From: a virus | Direction: 5' to 3' (one strand) | Virus record (IMG/VR): IMGVR_UViG_3300046532_001566 | Location: 32,001-96,000 of that record | DNA length: 64,000 bases | Shown: one piece after another, positions 16,235 through 25,707 of the stretch | How positions within the stretch are numbered: the stretch's first letter is position 1 | Layout: every line of letters starts with the position of its first letter | Notes under the pieces: model-generated | What the model saw: the letters and a program-made list of their open reading frames with translations, nothing else | Database searches by the model: none | What the model was told of the DNA's origin: nothing | Program-made: the position numbers and the translations under genes

Positions 16235-17844
16235 TTTATATTCTCCGGATTAATTTCAGCTTTAAATTCTTCTTGTTCTTTAGGAGAAAGTTTATTAAAC
16301 TCGTCCCATAAGTTGCTTGTTGCCTGTCTAGTTGCTGGAGGTAATGAAGCAAGATCTAGTTCGTATTGTCCGTCTTTCATCTGCGGAGTTTTACGAAGTT
16401 TAAGTTCCTTTGCATCTTTTTCACCTGGATTAGCCTCGTCAGGTTCTGGAATAGCTAAGTCTTTGAACGCAGATGCAATAACATCTGGCTGTACTTTATT
16501 CTTTGCTAATAAGCGAGCTATTACTTCACTATCTGTTGGACTACCAGCAGTTTTCCATGCTTTTTTAAGGATGTCTGCTGTAACAACATTCATTGTATTA
16601 CCAACAACAGTCTTTGTTTTATCTACAACTGGTTTAGCGGCCTGTTTTACTTTGTCAATTGCCTTCTTTTTAATATTATCCCATACAGGGCCTTCACCTA
16701 AGAATTCAATATTTGGATTTGAGTTATAATATTCTACTGTATCAAATAATCTTCCAATTTTTCTTTCTGTTAATGCAATTCCATTATTAGTATACGATTG
16801 AAATAGCTCTTGTTGATCTTCACCTCTATCATCACTAACACTCTTACCAGCAACTGCTCCTCCTGCTGTTGCGGCTAATGCTGTTTGAATTGCTGTAATA
16901 GCTTGGTATGTTGCATCATTCTGCAATGCAATATCTTTGGCCGCATTAGTGAACTTTGCCATCTCAGTGGCATATTCTGCAGTGTTAACACTCTTAGCTA
17001 ATTCTGCAAGTGAATCAAACGCAAATGGATCTCCCTTTGCAATGTCTGCTACTAACTGCATTGCTAAATCTGCATCTTTTGGAAGTACTGTTAAGTTTTC
17101 AAAATTCATCGACCTTGTCCATTCAAATCCAGGTGACTGAATTGACTTTGACGCTTCAAAGCTAATTCTATCTAACCCTTCAAAAGGTACAATCTCTGCT
17201 TGCATGCCTGAAAGCCAATCCCCAACTACATTTACTAAGCCTGCCGCTAGTCCGGAAATAACACCTGTCTTTAAACCTTTGCCAATTGCAGTAGATAGCT
17301 TCTCCCCTTTTAAAACTTCAACTGAACCTTTTAACAGTGCCGCCGCAACACCAATACCAATAACACTTCCACCTGTGCCAACTCCGACAAGTGCCGTCAT
17401 TACACCAACAGCAAATGCAGTTTTACCTGGATTCATTTTAGCATATTTGCCTAGGCTTTCAATACCTGAAGTAATTCTACTATCTTCACCAAGTTTGGCT
17501 TTAATATCTGTTTTTAGTTTCTCGAATTTAGCATCAAAATTTTGTACCGGTTCTGTATCTTGAATTAGTTTGCCAATTTTAGTTAAATATTCATTAGCAA
17601 CTTTTACGGTATCTACTACTGCATCTTTTGTTTTACCTACTCCAGATCTATTATTTCCTGTTTCATCTGATAGCTTTTGTACTAACGGAAATAAATTGTT
17701 AAGTTGGTCCTGCCTTAGATCGACTTCAAGTAAATCGTCCCAGGCTGTTACTACCCCTTCAACAACTACACGTTGTTCTTTAGTTAGATCAAAACACACA
17801 CTTTCTAACAATGCTGTTCGTTTATTTAAATTTGTTATTTTCAT
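16231..17844 (-). CDS. Probable internal/ejected virion protein with a hydrophobic hairpin
   Basis: Leader MKITNL...LLE-S; central TAFAVGVMTALVGVGTGGSVIGIGVAAALL and GVISGLAAGLVNVVG. Confidence 0.55.
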   Translation of the reverse strand: MKITNLNKRTALLESVCFDLTKEQRVVVEGVVTAWDDLLEVDLRQDQLNNLFPLVQKLSDETGNNRSGVGKTKDAVVDTVKVANEYLTKIGKLIQDTEPVQNFDAKFEKLKTDIKAKLGEDSRITSGIESLGKYAKMNPGKTAFAVGVMTALVGVGTGGSVIGIGVAAALLKGSVEVLKGEKLSTAIGKGLKTGVISGLAAGLVNVVGDWLSGMQAEIVPFEGLDRISFEASKSIQSPGFEWTRSMNFENLTVLPKDADLAMQLVADIAKGDPFAFDSLAELAKSVNTAEYATEMAKFTNAAKDIALQNDATYQAITAIQTALAATAGGAVAGKSVSDDRGEDQQELFQSYTNNGIALTERKIGRLFDTVEYYNSNPNIEFLGEGPVWDNIKKKAIDKVKQAAKPVVDKTKTVVGNTMNVVTADILKKAWKTAGSPTDSEVIARLLAKNKVQPDVIASAFKDLAIPEPDEANPGEKDAKELKLRKTPQMKDGQYELDLASLPPATRQATSNLWDEFNKLSPKEQEEFKAEINPENIK

Positions 17845-19109
17845 TTGTTAAACAGTGCCTTTACTAGTGCCGTTTGCCCATCCGGATCTAAGGAATCGTA
17901 ACCTTGTTTTACTTTCATCCAATTAGGATCTGTTGCTTTAAGCAACGAATCTTGTGTTCCTCCACCTGCGTCTGAATCTGGTTTGGTTGCAGTTTGATTA
18001 GGTGTTGGTTTAGTAGCTCCTTTTGGTATATTAAGAGATTTAATATAACCTATAGATTTTTTAATCCAATCAAGCAATACTTTTGTCATTGAATATTCTA
18101 CATCATCAGCTTCATTTTGAGTCTTTTCAATGAGTGCTAACTTTAACCATTGCTTTGTAATTTCATCAAAATCATTTTTAAATTTTTCCATTGCAGTTGT
18201 AACATCTGGATTTTTTTGAATCTCTACAGCATCCTGTGCATCAAGGTGGCTAAAGAACGAAGTATTCCAGTCATTTGCATCAAATATTGGATCTGGAGAA
18301 TTAACTGCGGCTGTTAGTGTAGCAAGATCTGCATTTAAATATTTTGCTTTAATTTTAATTCCATAATCAACAATAAACATTTCTTGTTTTGCTGGATACT
18401 CGTTATTTGCTCTTATATCTGCTAGGAACTTATTTCCAGGCGTGTATAATTCTCCAGCAAGATTAGTTGATAATGTTTCAAAAGTTTTTAATTCTGCAAC
18501 ATATTCTGGATTTTTTACAATATCGTTATTAGCACGGTTTTCATCATCACTAGGTTCAGTTCCTGCCTGTGTAGGTTTTGCATCTGGGATTTCTATCTGC
18601 ATATGTAAAAATGTAACCGATGCAATTAATGCAATAGTCCTAATACATTCTGCAACTCCAAATCCATCTGGTGCAGTAGCATTTCCGCCTTGCAACATTA
18701 ACTGAATAATTTGATCAGCTCCAACTGCACCTCTATCTGCTACATTTACGTTTTTAATAATTTCTCGTTTATTATCCTTAAGATACAATAGTAATGTCTT
18801 ACCAACAACTGCACCATTGGTAGCTTTTTGTATTGAATTAAAAACTATTTTTGTAAGTCCTGCTAATGGCAGATCTTTTCCTTGTGCATCAACTAATCCT
18901 GGATTAGAAGTATTAAATGCTTTAACTGACGCTCCATCAATCATGTTTGTAAGTTTAGCAAATTCATTGGCACCTTGCCCTTTAACAGCAAGTCCTACTC
19001 CATTAACAACATCTTTTGTCTTATTCTTAATACGGCTTGCTAAATCGCCAAATACGTTCTCATTAACTAATAATGATACGTTTCCTTTATGTAAGTCTGT
19101 AATTTTCAT
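17841..19109 (-). CDS. Probable internal head protein
   Basis: Leader MKITDL...LVNE; 422 aa, helical. Confidence 0.5.
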   Translation of the reverse strand: MKITDLHKGNVSLLVNENVFGDLASRIKNKTKDVVNGVGLAVKGQGANEFAKLTNMIDGASVKAFNTSNPGLVDAQGKDLPLAGLTKIVFNSIQKATNGAVVGKTLLLYLKDNKREIIKNVNVADRGAVGADQIIQLMLQGGNATAPDGFGVAECIRTIALIASVTFLHMQIEIPDAKPTQAGTEPSDDENRANNDIVKNPEYVAELKTFETLSTNLAGELYTPGNKFLADIRANNEYPAKQEMFIVDYGIKIKAKYLNADLATLTAAVNSPDPIFDANDWNTSFFSHLDAQDAVEIQKNPDVTTAMEKFKNDFDEITKQWLKLALIEKTQNEADDVEYSMTKVLLDWIKKSIGYIKSLNIPKGATKPTPNQTATKPDSDAGGGTQDSLLKATDPNWMKVKQGYDSLDPDGQTALVKALFNK

Positions 19110-19113
19110 AATG

Positions 19114-19368
19114 TTATTTATTTTCGTTTTCTTTAATCATTCTTACACCTCGGGTGAATTTATTTGGATCATTGTTTTTTACTGCTAATTGTAATCTTCG
19201 AGTTAAATCCTGTGCTTGTTCTTTTGGATACGAAGTTTCAATTATATGCAATAAGTTAGTTATCCTTGCTAATGCTTGTACTGCAAGACCTTCAACCATC
19301 AGATGTTTATCCTTCTTAGGAACAATGGTAGTAATTTCTTCTAATATTGATCTAGTTTTTATTTGCAT
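19114..19368 (-). CDS. Hypothetical protein
   Basis: Likely start MQIKTR, 8 nt after the late motif at 19377-19382. Confidence 0.55.
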   Translation of the reverse strand: MQIKTRSILEEITTIVPKKDKHLMVEGLAVQALARITNLLHIIETSYPKEQAQDLTRRLQLAVKNNDPNKFTRGVRMIKENENK

Positions 19369-19376
19369 TGTAACTC

Positions 19377-19391
19377 TATTTATGGTAAATA
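19377..19391. promoter_or_regulatory. Back-to-back divergent late promoters
   Basis: tattta-tgg-taaata: TAAATA on both strands, separated by 3 bp, between divergent genes. Confidence 0.6.
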
Positions 19392-19415
19392 CATCTGTAG
19401 GAGACATTTAATAAC

Positions 19416-19901
19416 ATGACATCAGCAACAGAAATACGTGAATTTATGGACCGATTAGCTATTATTACTGAATCTAATCCGGAGGATTCTGCTAGTAATG
19501 ATCCGCCAGCAGATGCGGTTGATAGTGAAACTGGAAAAAAAGCACATGACATTACAACAACTGAACTTAATCGCTTAAAAGTTACGTTAAGACCATTAGT
19601 AAGTGACGAATTGCAATCTAGATTTGTACAAGCATTAAATAAGATGCGAAGTAATGCTCCTATGTCTACTAGTGAAATGAAACTAATTACAGTAGCCTTT
19701 GTTGCTATGGCAGATGTTATTGCAGATGATGCGGCGTTAACTATTAGGATTAGAAACACCATTCAATCATACAACCTTTCAGCTACAGGTAATACTACTG
19801 ACGATAGTCCAAATCTAGAGTTTGACGATGGTGAGATTGAGGTTAAAGATGACGGTCCTGATGAAGAACAACTAGATCGCACCAGAGCTGAAAAAGAATA
19901 A
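19416..19901 (+). CDS. Hypothetical acidic protein, possible internal head protein
   Basis: AGGAG RBS; leader ...AIITE-S; abuts the helicase stop codon. Confidence 0.6.
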   Translation: MTSATEIREFMDRLAIITESNPEDSASNDPPADAVDSETGKKAHDITTTELNRLKVTLRPLVSDELQSRFVQALNKMRSNAPMSTSEMKLITVAFVAMADVIADDAALTIRIRNTIQSYNLSATGNTTDDSPNLEFDDGEIEVKDDGPDEEQLDRTRAEKE

Positions 19902-21296
19902 TTAAACATCTCTAGTTAATCCTAATCCTCTTAATTTATCCCTATTAACAGATGAACTTGTAGATTGTGGTGTATCAGTTGGTACTACTATTGTACTAGT
20001 TGTCTTATGTAACTTGTTGAATACCGTTGTTGCTGATCCTGCAATAGGTTCTGCGTCATCAGCTAAGTCTGAAATTAACAATGTTACTGGATTAAAATCC
20101 ATTTCAAGTTTCTGCCCAACTGCACTACTACTCCTTGTTTTCATAAATTGTAATTGTACTCTGTTACGTTCTCGCATACTTGGTGTACTGTAGATACCAA
20201 ATACATTATCTGCTGTCTGGATTTTACTTAGGCCACCAGCAATCATGGAATGATCAAACTCAACACTTTCTACTGCACTTCTGTTTAACTGTGAAGCAGT
20301 AGCAAATAGCAAATTCTCGGTAACTGCTAGATTCCTTAATTCTTCACTAACAATCTTATCTTTAATATACAAATCAGCAACACTAATTTTCTGTGTAGCC
20401 GGCATCATAAGATCTAGGTAATCTACAAGTATTGCATCTACATGTATTTTACGTTGTGTCTGAAATTCTCTAATCCATGCTAACAAATCATTTGCAGTAA
20501 CACTGTTTGGTAGTTGTACAATCTGCAAGCCTCCAGATTTTTTACCAATCATACGCACTTTTAAATCAATATCATCAATTTGTTTATATACGTCTCTAGT
20601 TGCAGTTCCAGTAAGCATTGCATCCATTCTCATAGAACACAACCCTTCACTAAGCTCTAAACTAAAGTAAACAGTATTAAGTCCTGCTTTAGCCCAATTA
20701 AGTCCTAAATTTTGCAAGAACAAACTCTTACCTGCACCAGATGCTCCAGCAAAGATATTAAGTTCACCTTTATTAAATCCACCATACAGTTTATCATCAA
20801 CTGTTTTCCAACCAGTTGTTAACTGTCCGTTTGCATCTTTTAATCCATCAAGTCTTGCTTTAGGATTCTCAAAGTAATTAGTTCCAAACGTTTTAGGAAG
20901 TCCTACTTGTACAGCCGCTTTAATTAATGATTCAACTTCTCCGTAATTACTTTTTTCTAGTAAATCAGCACTAGTTAAGATTGCTCCTTCTAATGCTTTA
21001 TGTCTAGAAAATCCTTCAAACTCTGATAAAAACCATTCTTTATGTTCTTCTGCTTTACCGCCAATTTCCTCAATCTCAATAGAAGTAACTGCTGATAATT
21101 GCTTTGCATCAGGTACGTTACTATGTTCAGTAATATAGTCTTTAATAAACTGAGCCGCTGGGCGGAGTCTGCGATCAAAATAATCAGCATTTAATACATT
21201 ATTACATCTTGCCGCTAAATCATTATTACTAATTAAGAACTCTAAAAAGAGTTTCTGTAAATCATAACTATATTCTTTTACTTCAGTATCTGCCAT
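19902..21296 (-). CDS. Replicative DnaB-like helicase (T4 gp41-like)
   Basis: Walker A GASGAGKS, SLEL, VDYLDLM, TASQLNR, KTR. Confidence 0.93.
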   Translation of the reverse strand: MADTEVKEYSYDLQKLFLEFLISNNDLAARCNNVLNADYFDRRLRPAAQFIKDYITEHSNVPDAKQLSAVTSIEIEEIGGKAEEHKEWFLSEFEGFSRHKALEGAILTSADLLEKSNYGEVESLIKAAVQVGLPKTFGTNYFENPKARLDGLKDANGQLTTGWKTVDDKLYGGFNKGELNIFAGASGAGKSLFLQNLGLNWAKAGLNTVYFSLELSEGLCSMRMDAMLTGTATRDVYKQIDDIDLKVRMIGKKSGGLQIVQLPNSVTANDLLAWIREFQTQRKIHVDAILVDYLDLMMPATQKISVADLYIKDKIVSEELRNLAVTENLLFATASQLNRSAVESVEFDHSMIAGGLSKIQTADNVFGIYSTPSMRERNRVQLQFMKTRSSSAVGQKLEMDFNPVTLLISDLADDAEPIAGSATTVFNKLHKTTSTIVVPTDTPQSTSSSVNRDKLRGLGLTRDV

Positions 21297-21553
21297 TACT
21301 TATTGTCTCCCCATCGTAATTTTGCAAGCATTGCATCTTCGGGATTACGGAATCTAAAGATCATGTCGTCTAAGGATGATTGATATGCCCAACGTTTTAT
21401 TGGCTTAGCTTGCCAATTACTTACTTTGTATGAAGGTAACCCAAATTCTGTAGTCATCCATAAAATAACTTCTTCCCAAAATGCATTGGTATCTTGTCCT
21501 GGTTTCCAATCTAACTTAAAACTATAATACGGTTTTACCTTATAACTAAACAC
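21296..21553 (-). CDS. Hypothetical protein
   Basis: 85 aa ending FRFRNPEDAMLAKLRW; coupled to primase and helicase. Confidence 0.6.
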   Translation of the reverse strand: MFSYKVKPYYSFKLDWKPGQDTNAFWEEVILWMTTEFGLPSYKVSNWQAKPIKRWAYQSSLDDMIFRFRNPEDAMLAKLRWGDNK

Positions 21554-22502
21554 ACCATCTCCTCATTAATAATTTAACCTTCAAAGGCGAGTGTTCAATC
21601 GCCATTAATATACTTTGCAATGTTGCAACCCTCCCAAACTTTAAAATTGCATCATTAGCATCCTTTACACCCGAAGGCCATTCTGGAAAACTAACATTCC
21701 ATCCTAAATTTATTGCATCTTCTATTAACACTTTACCAGCAACATCTCTATCTGCTAAAATAACCGGTTCTGTATCCAAGTCTTCAATCATCTGTGCTTG
21801 TGGAAGACTAATCCTATTACTTAAGATAGCAACGCCGCCTATTGCTAGTGCATCGTATTCTCCTTCACAAACTATTGTATACTTACGTTTTGTTAATTGT
21901 TTATCTAAATTATAAACAAATTCGTTTGGAGATGTTCGTAGCATTTTAGCAGTACCTGATGGCGGATCATTAATCCATCGTCCCATATAACCTACAATAT
22001 TACTATTATCAGTATAAGGTAATATAATACGTTGCTTCATGCCTATTGCATTAGTTTGTTTCCAGTCTGCTAAGTTGTATAATCCTCTATTAGTAAGATA
22101 CTCGATAGCCTCATCTCGTAAATCAGTTAATTCCCAAGGATATGTATATTCAGGCCATTCTTTATTAAATATTACTTTCTCTGGTTCAACTTCCTCAATA
22201 ACTTGATCCCATAGTAATATTTTAAGACGCTGGATCTCTGCCTCATCAATGCCTAGTATTCGCATTAACTTTATTAATTTAAATCCTAATTTACTTCCGG
22301 GGCGCCATCCAGTTGTAAAGCCACAATTAAAACAATGATATGCTGTTTTATCATTATCAAATCTAATGCCACCTCGATGTTTAGTGTCAGGGCGACTTTC
22401 TCCATTATGTACACATACTGGACAGTTCATAGTAGACCAACCGCTACTATTATTCTTTAGTACAGGTAAGTTATTACGGAGTGTGGATTCAACAACATTC
22501 AT
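21546..22502 (-). CDS. DNA primase (T4 gp61-like; Zn finger plus TOPRIM)
   Basis: CPVC...YHCFNC zinc finger; CEGEYDA and ADRD TOPRIM motifs. Confidence 0.9.
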   Translation of the reverse strand: MNVVESTLRNNLPVLKNNSSGWSTMNCPVCVHNGESRPDTKHRGGIRFDNDKTAYHCFNCGFTTGWRPGSKLGFKLIKLMRILGIDEAEIQRLKILLWDQVIEEVEPEKVIFNKEWPEYTYPWELTDLRDEAIEYLTNRGLYNLADWKQTNAIGMKQRIILPYTDNSNIVGYMGRWINDPPSGTAKMLRTSPNEFVYNLDKQLTKRKYTIVCEGEYDALAIGGVAILSNRISLPQAQMIEDLDTEPVILADRDVAGKVLIEDAINLGWNVSFPEWPSGVKDANDAILKFGRVATLQSILMAIEHSPLKVKLLMRRWCV

Positions 22503-22508
22503 AGTGTT

Positions 22509-22537
22509 ATTATACTACAATAAACGTATGAAGTCAA
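22509..22537 (-). promoter_or_regulatory. Sigma70-type promoter; predicted +1 at the primase ATG
   Basis: TTGACT-N17-TATAAT, 6 nt from the ATG. Confidence 0.75.
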
Positions 22538-22584
22538 TAAGAAATTATGCCATAATGTTAATAAATTAGACCGTTTTTTATATA

Positions 22585-23397
22585 TTATACTCTTATTAAA
22601 ATTTTATCTAATGTGCCTGCGTTGGTAACATCAGTTGTAATTACAGTACGGAGCCATCTTACTCCTCCATAGTAATTGAATGGATCAATACCTGTGTATC
22701 CTGCATATGTAATTAGTGCTGAAGTAGCGTCCTGGGGAACCAAATCCGCCCACATAGTATTTCCAGTAATATTTTCATCTAGTGTTCCTTGTACTTTAAC
22801 AGTACCACTAAAATTACTTGCATAAACGGCAGTAGAAAATAAACTTGTATCTTTTCTATAATAACTTGGACCTTCTGTCGATGAACTAGCAAATTCGTCT
22901 GTAACAGATTGTGTTAAATCTACTGGCCATTCTGTAATCTCAAAGGTAGAACGGGAGAATGGAATTATAGCCTCGCAAATTTCAATATCCCAACCGGCTT
23001 TATATGCACGATCCCAGGTTAATGCTGTTTCAAGGCCTCTACCATCTACTACTGTGGCACTTAAAGTATAAATCCCAGGTGGTGAGGTCATTAGATCCCT
23101 TGCAAAAATTGTTAACCTTGCTTCACCATTTTCTGCGGTAGTAGGTATAGCACGCCTTTTAAAGATAGTTGTGCCTGTGTAACTATCCCATAAAGTAAAC
23201 ATTATCTCTTTATGCAATAGACTAAACGGACGTCTATCATCACCAGATACTGTAAGATCTAGTAAATTATCTACGCCTTGGTACCAACGTATCTTACGAT
23301 CTGTGTATCCTGCATGATGCCGTGTTAATGAGGAGCCTGTACCGGCGCCTGCATAGTTTAAATTAGCTTTCGCTACTGATGAATTGAGTGTTCCCAT
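22585..23397 (-). CDS. Hypothetical beta-rich (probably structural) protein
   Basis: 270 aa, Ig-like composition; late motif 5 nt upstream of the ATG. Confidence 0.5.
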   Translation of the reverse strand: MGTLNSSVAKANLNYAGAGTGSSLTRHHAGYTDRKIRWYQGVDNLLDLTVSGDDRRPFSLLHKEIMFTLWDSYTGTTIFKRRAIPTTAENGEARLTIFARDLMTSPPGIYTLSATVVDGRGLETALTWDRAYKAGWDIEICEAIIPFSRSTFEITEWPVDLTQSVTDEFASSSTEGPSYYRKDTSLFSTAVYASNFSGTVKVQGTLDENITGNTMWADLVPQDATSALITYAGYTGIDPFNYYGGVRWLRTVITTDVTNAGTLDKILIRV

Positions 23398-23460
23398 AAC
23401 TTTATTTATCAGTTATGACAAACAGACCACCGGTCCACTGACTAAATAGAATTACAAAAT

Positions 23461-23835
23461 ATGGACATTAAAATACAACAATTTTTAGAAGAATTCCCTT
23501 TTATGAGCCTTGTCAGATATGCTGATAAGGAAATCGTAGGAATAGTACAAAACAGTGATAATACCGTTGTCACTATGTACAAATATGATTTATTAAAAAC
23601 TCCTGGAGAGAAATTGGCTTTTATAGAAGCAGGTGAAGAATGGTGGTGGGGAAGTAATCGTTTACTACCAATTAACATTGTTTTAAAGGCTACTATGAAG
23701 ACTTTCGGATATGCCCTACAAACATATGCTACAAAAGATTTTGAGATGCTTGCTGGTCACTTAACTAGCCTTGAAAACGTAATTGTTAAAAGGACTAAAA
23801 GGCGTCAAATCAGTCTTGTTAAGAAGATGGAATAA
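23461..23835 (+). CDS. Hypothetical protein
   Basis: 124 aa; TAAATA at 23443-23448; converges on and overlaps the mini-polymerase gene. Confidence 0.6.
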   Translation: MDIKIQQFLEEFPFMSLVRYADKEIVGIVQNSDNTVVTMYKYDLLKTPGEKLAFIEAGEEWWWGSNRLLPINIVLKATMKTFGYALQTYATKDFEMLAGHLTSLENVIVKRTKRRQISLVKKME

Positions 23836-24400
23836 GCTCTTCGCACAATAAATTCATTTGTGCTACAATCATAATTGCATATGCCGTTGCATGGGATTTC
23901 TTAAAGAAATATTCATCGGTTGTAGGTTTTACCCACACTTCCTTCATAATCTGAGTCCACTCTTTATTAACTAGGTACCTTTTTGCAGGTCTAATCATTC
24001 CTAGTACTGCCGCAAGTTGTTCAATGTTAGATGGTTTAGTTTTACGGAGTATCTCTCCGTGTCCGTTAACATGTAATAACTTGCTAGAAAATTCATCATG
24101 AGTTAACAGATCCCATATTGGTTCCTTAGCAATTAACCTATCTAATTGCTCTTTGTTTTTGATCTTAGAATAAAAACTAACGTTTAATAAATCTAATTTA
24201 AAAAATCCAAGTTCCTCTGCTTCTTTATGATCTAAACTGCACCATCCAGTGTACGGATTAATAGGTACTGGGTGAAAATAAACTCCTGTCTTATGTTTAG
24301 TAGCGCCATGCCCAGTTGTAATCATTGCTGGTACTCCGTTAAGTACATGCAATAACTCTTCCCTATTTCCAAAGTCAATATCTACATCAGGTCTACTCAT
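23819..24400 (-). CDS. Miniature C-family (DnaE/Pol III alpha-like) polymerase core
   Basis: PDVDIDF, H.TGVY, FKLDLL, MIRP and YFFKKSHATAYA, in DnaE order, within 193 aa. Confidence 0.85.
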   Translation of the reverse strand: MSRPDVDIDFGNREELLHVLNGVPAMITTGHGATKHKTGVYFHPVPINPYTGWCSLDHKEAEELGFFKLDLLNVSFYSKIKNKEQLDRLIAKEPIWDLLTHDEFSSKLLHVNGHGEILRKTKPSNIEQLAAVLGMIRPAKRYLVNKEWTQIMKEVWVKPTTDEYFFKKSHATAYAIMIVAQMNLLCEELIPSS

Positions 24401-24606
24401 CGTAGACCTTGTTTAACAATATTAATCAATTCTTCTTGTTTACTTTTCATGTCTTGAATCTCTTTATAAAGTTGGATTAACTTTTCATCAAATAATATAA
24501 TACGTTTTTCTAATGTTTCAAGGTTTGCTACATGGGTCTGAAGCTTAGTATCTTGTTGCACCAACTCACTTCGGTTGGGCTTTTTGCTATTTTTCTTGTC
24601 CACCAT
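24397..24606 (-). CDS. Small coiled-coil hypothetical protein
   Basis: 69 aa with a heptad pattern; ATGA overlap with the polymerase gene. Confidence 0.45.
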   Translation of the reverse strand: MVDKKNSKKPNRSELVQQDTKLQTHVANLETLEKRIILFDEKLIQLYKEIQDMKSKQEELINIVKQGLR

Positions 24607-25217
24607 TCTGTGTCTATGCTCCTTGCTATAACATCTAATTGCCCTGGTTCCATTCTATCAAGTAAGGCTTGCGCCACATCTGATGAATAAAGTATCCAAG
24701 GACTTATTCTTCCCATGACTATCGAATTCATGGCTGTTGCTGTTGGTACTTCTTGAAAATAGTTCTCCCAAAATCTATCAGTGTCTTCTTCGCTCCATGC
24801 TTTCATTAATAACACTATGCGTTCTACTGCACGTTCTATTGTTTCAGTTTTACTGCTTTCCTGAATATAAAGAGAATATGTTCCTTTCTTTGTCCAGTTA
24901 CTTAGTTTAACACTATGTTTAAATAGCCATTTAATAAACTTTTGTGTTTCTGTCGGTCTGAGCTCAATTATATAATTAGAAAATTTAATAAATCCAATAT
25001 AGTCAAGACTACGAATAAAATCCTCAGTAGTTCTTTCTTTTTTAGTCTGAGGACTCACATACTTCATAAAATCATACCATACTTGAAATGCAATCCTAGA
25101 AGCTGGTTCATCTATACACATCCATCTGCGTTTCTTTTCACACATATGGCTAGATAAAGTGCGTTCTCTTGCAAACTTTTTCAAGCAATACTTACATTGG
25201 TAAGATTCTACTACCAT
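24528..25217 (-). CDS. Zinc-finger protein
   Basis: N-terminal YQCKYC..F.....L..HMC. Confidence 0.6.
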   Translation of the reverse strand: MVVESYQCKYCLKKFARERTLSSHMCEKKRRWMCIDEPASRIAFQVWYDFMKYVSPQTKKERTTEDFIRSLDYIGFIKFSNYIIELRPTETQKFIKWLFKHSVKLSNWTKKGTYSLYIQESSKTETIERAVERIVLLMKAWSEEDTDRFWENYFQEVPTATAMNSIVMGRISPWILYSSDVAQALLDRMEPGQLDVIARSIDTEWWTRKIAKSPTEVSWCNKILSFRPM

Positions 25218-25702
25218 TATTTAAACAAATCCTTCAATTTTTTATCTGGTGTGTTTTTAACCGTTGCAATGTCCTTAAGAACGTCTGATCCGTTGATTTC
25301 TCTGAATAATTCTATCTCTTCTTCATTACAATTAGGTAATAGCTCAATTAACCATTCTCTAAGTTTATCTTTCTTTGCACCTTTAGGAGGGACAAATTCA
25401 TGCCTCATTTTCTTGCCTAAACCAACTAATGCTAAAACTCTATAACGTAATTCCTCATGGGCACTAGTAGTAGCAATATAATCAACATTACTTAGATCAT
25501 TAACCATTAACAAATAATGTTCTTGTATCTCTGCTTGACCTTGTACTTGGCTTGCCCACCGTTGTGCCATATAAGTGCTAACCGACTTCTTACTCTCGTC
25601 ATCTAACTTAGTGTAATAGTCTCCGTTGCGGTAATCAATAGCATTCATAACTTCATGAATATTAACTTTGTGTACTGCGGTAGCTTTTTTCTTTGCAGGC
25701 AT
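25217..25702 (-). CDS. Hypothetical protein, possibly a distant clamp-loader small subunit (gp62-like)
   Basis: Helical, about 160 aa, in the replication block; only weak resemblance (STYMAQRWAS...N...N). Confidence 0.35.
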   Translation of the reverse strand: MPAKKKATAVHKVNIHEVMNAIDYRNGDYYTKLDDESKKSVSTYMAQRWASQVQGQAEIQEHYLLMVNDLSNVDYIATTSAHEELRYRVLALVGLGKKMRHEFVPPKGAKKDKLREWLIELLPNCNEEEIELFREINGSDVLKDIATVKNTPDKKLKDLFK

Positions 25703-25707
25703 ATTAT

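Noticed and set aside
23819-24400. dnaE pseudogene
   Set aside because: Motifs from distant parts of DnaE are joined in one clean ORF with catalytic residues intact, which fits a compact gene rather than decay.
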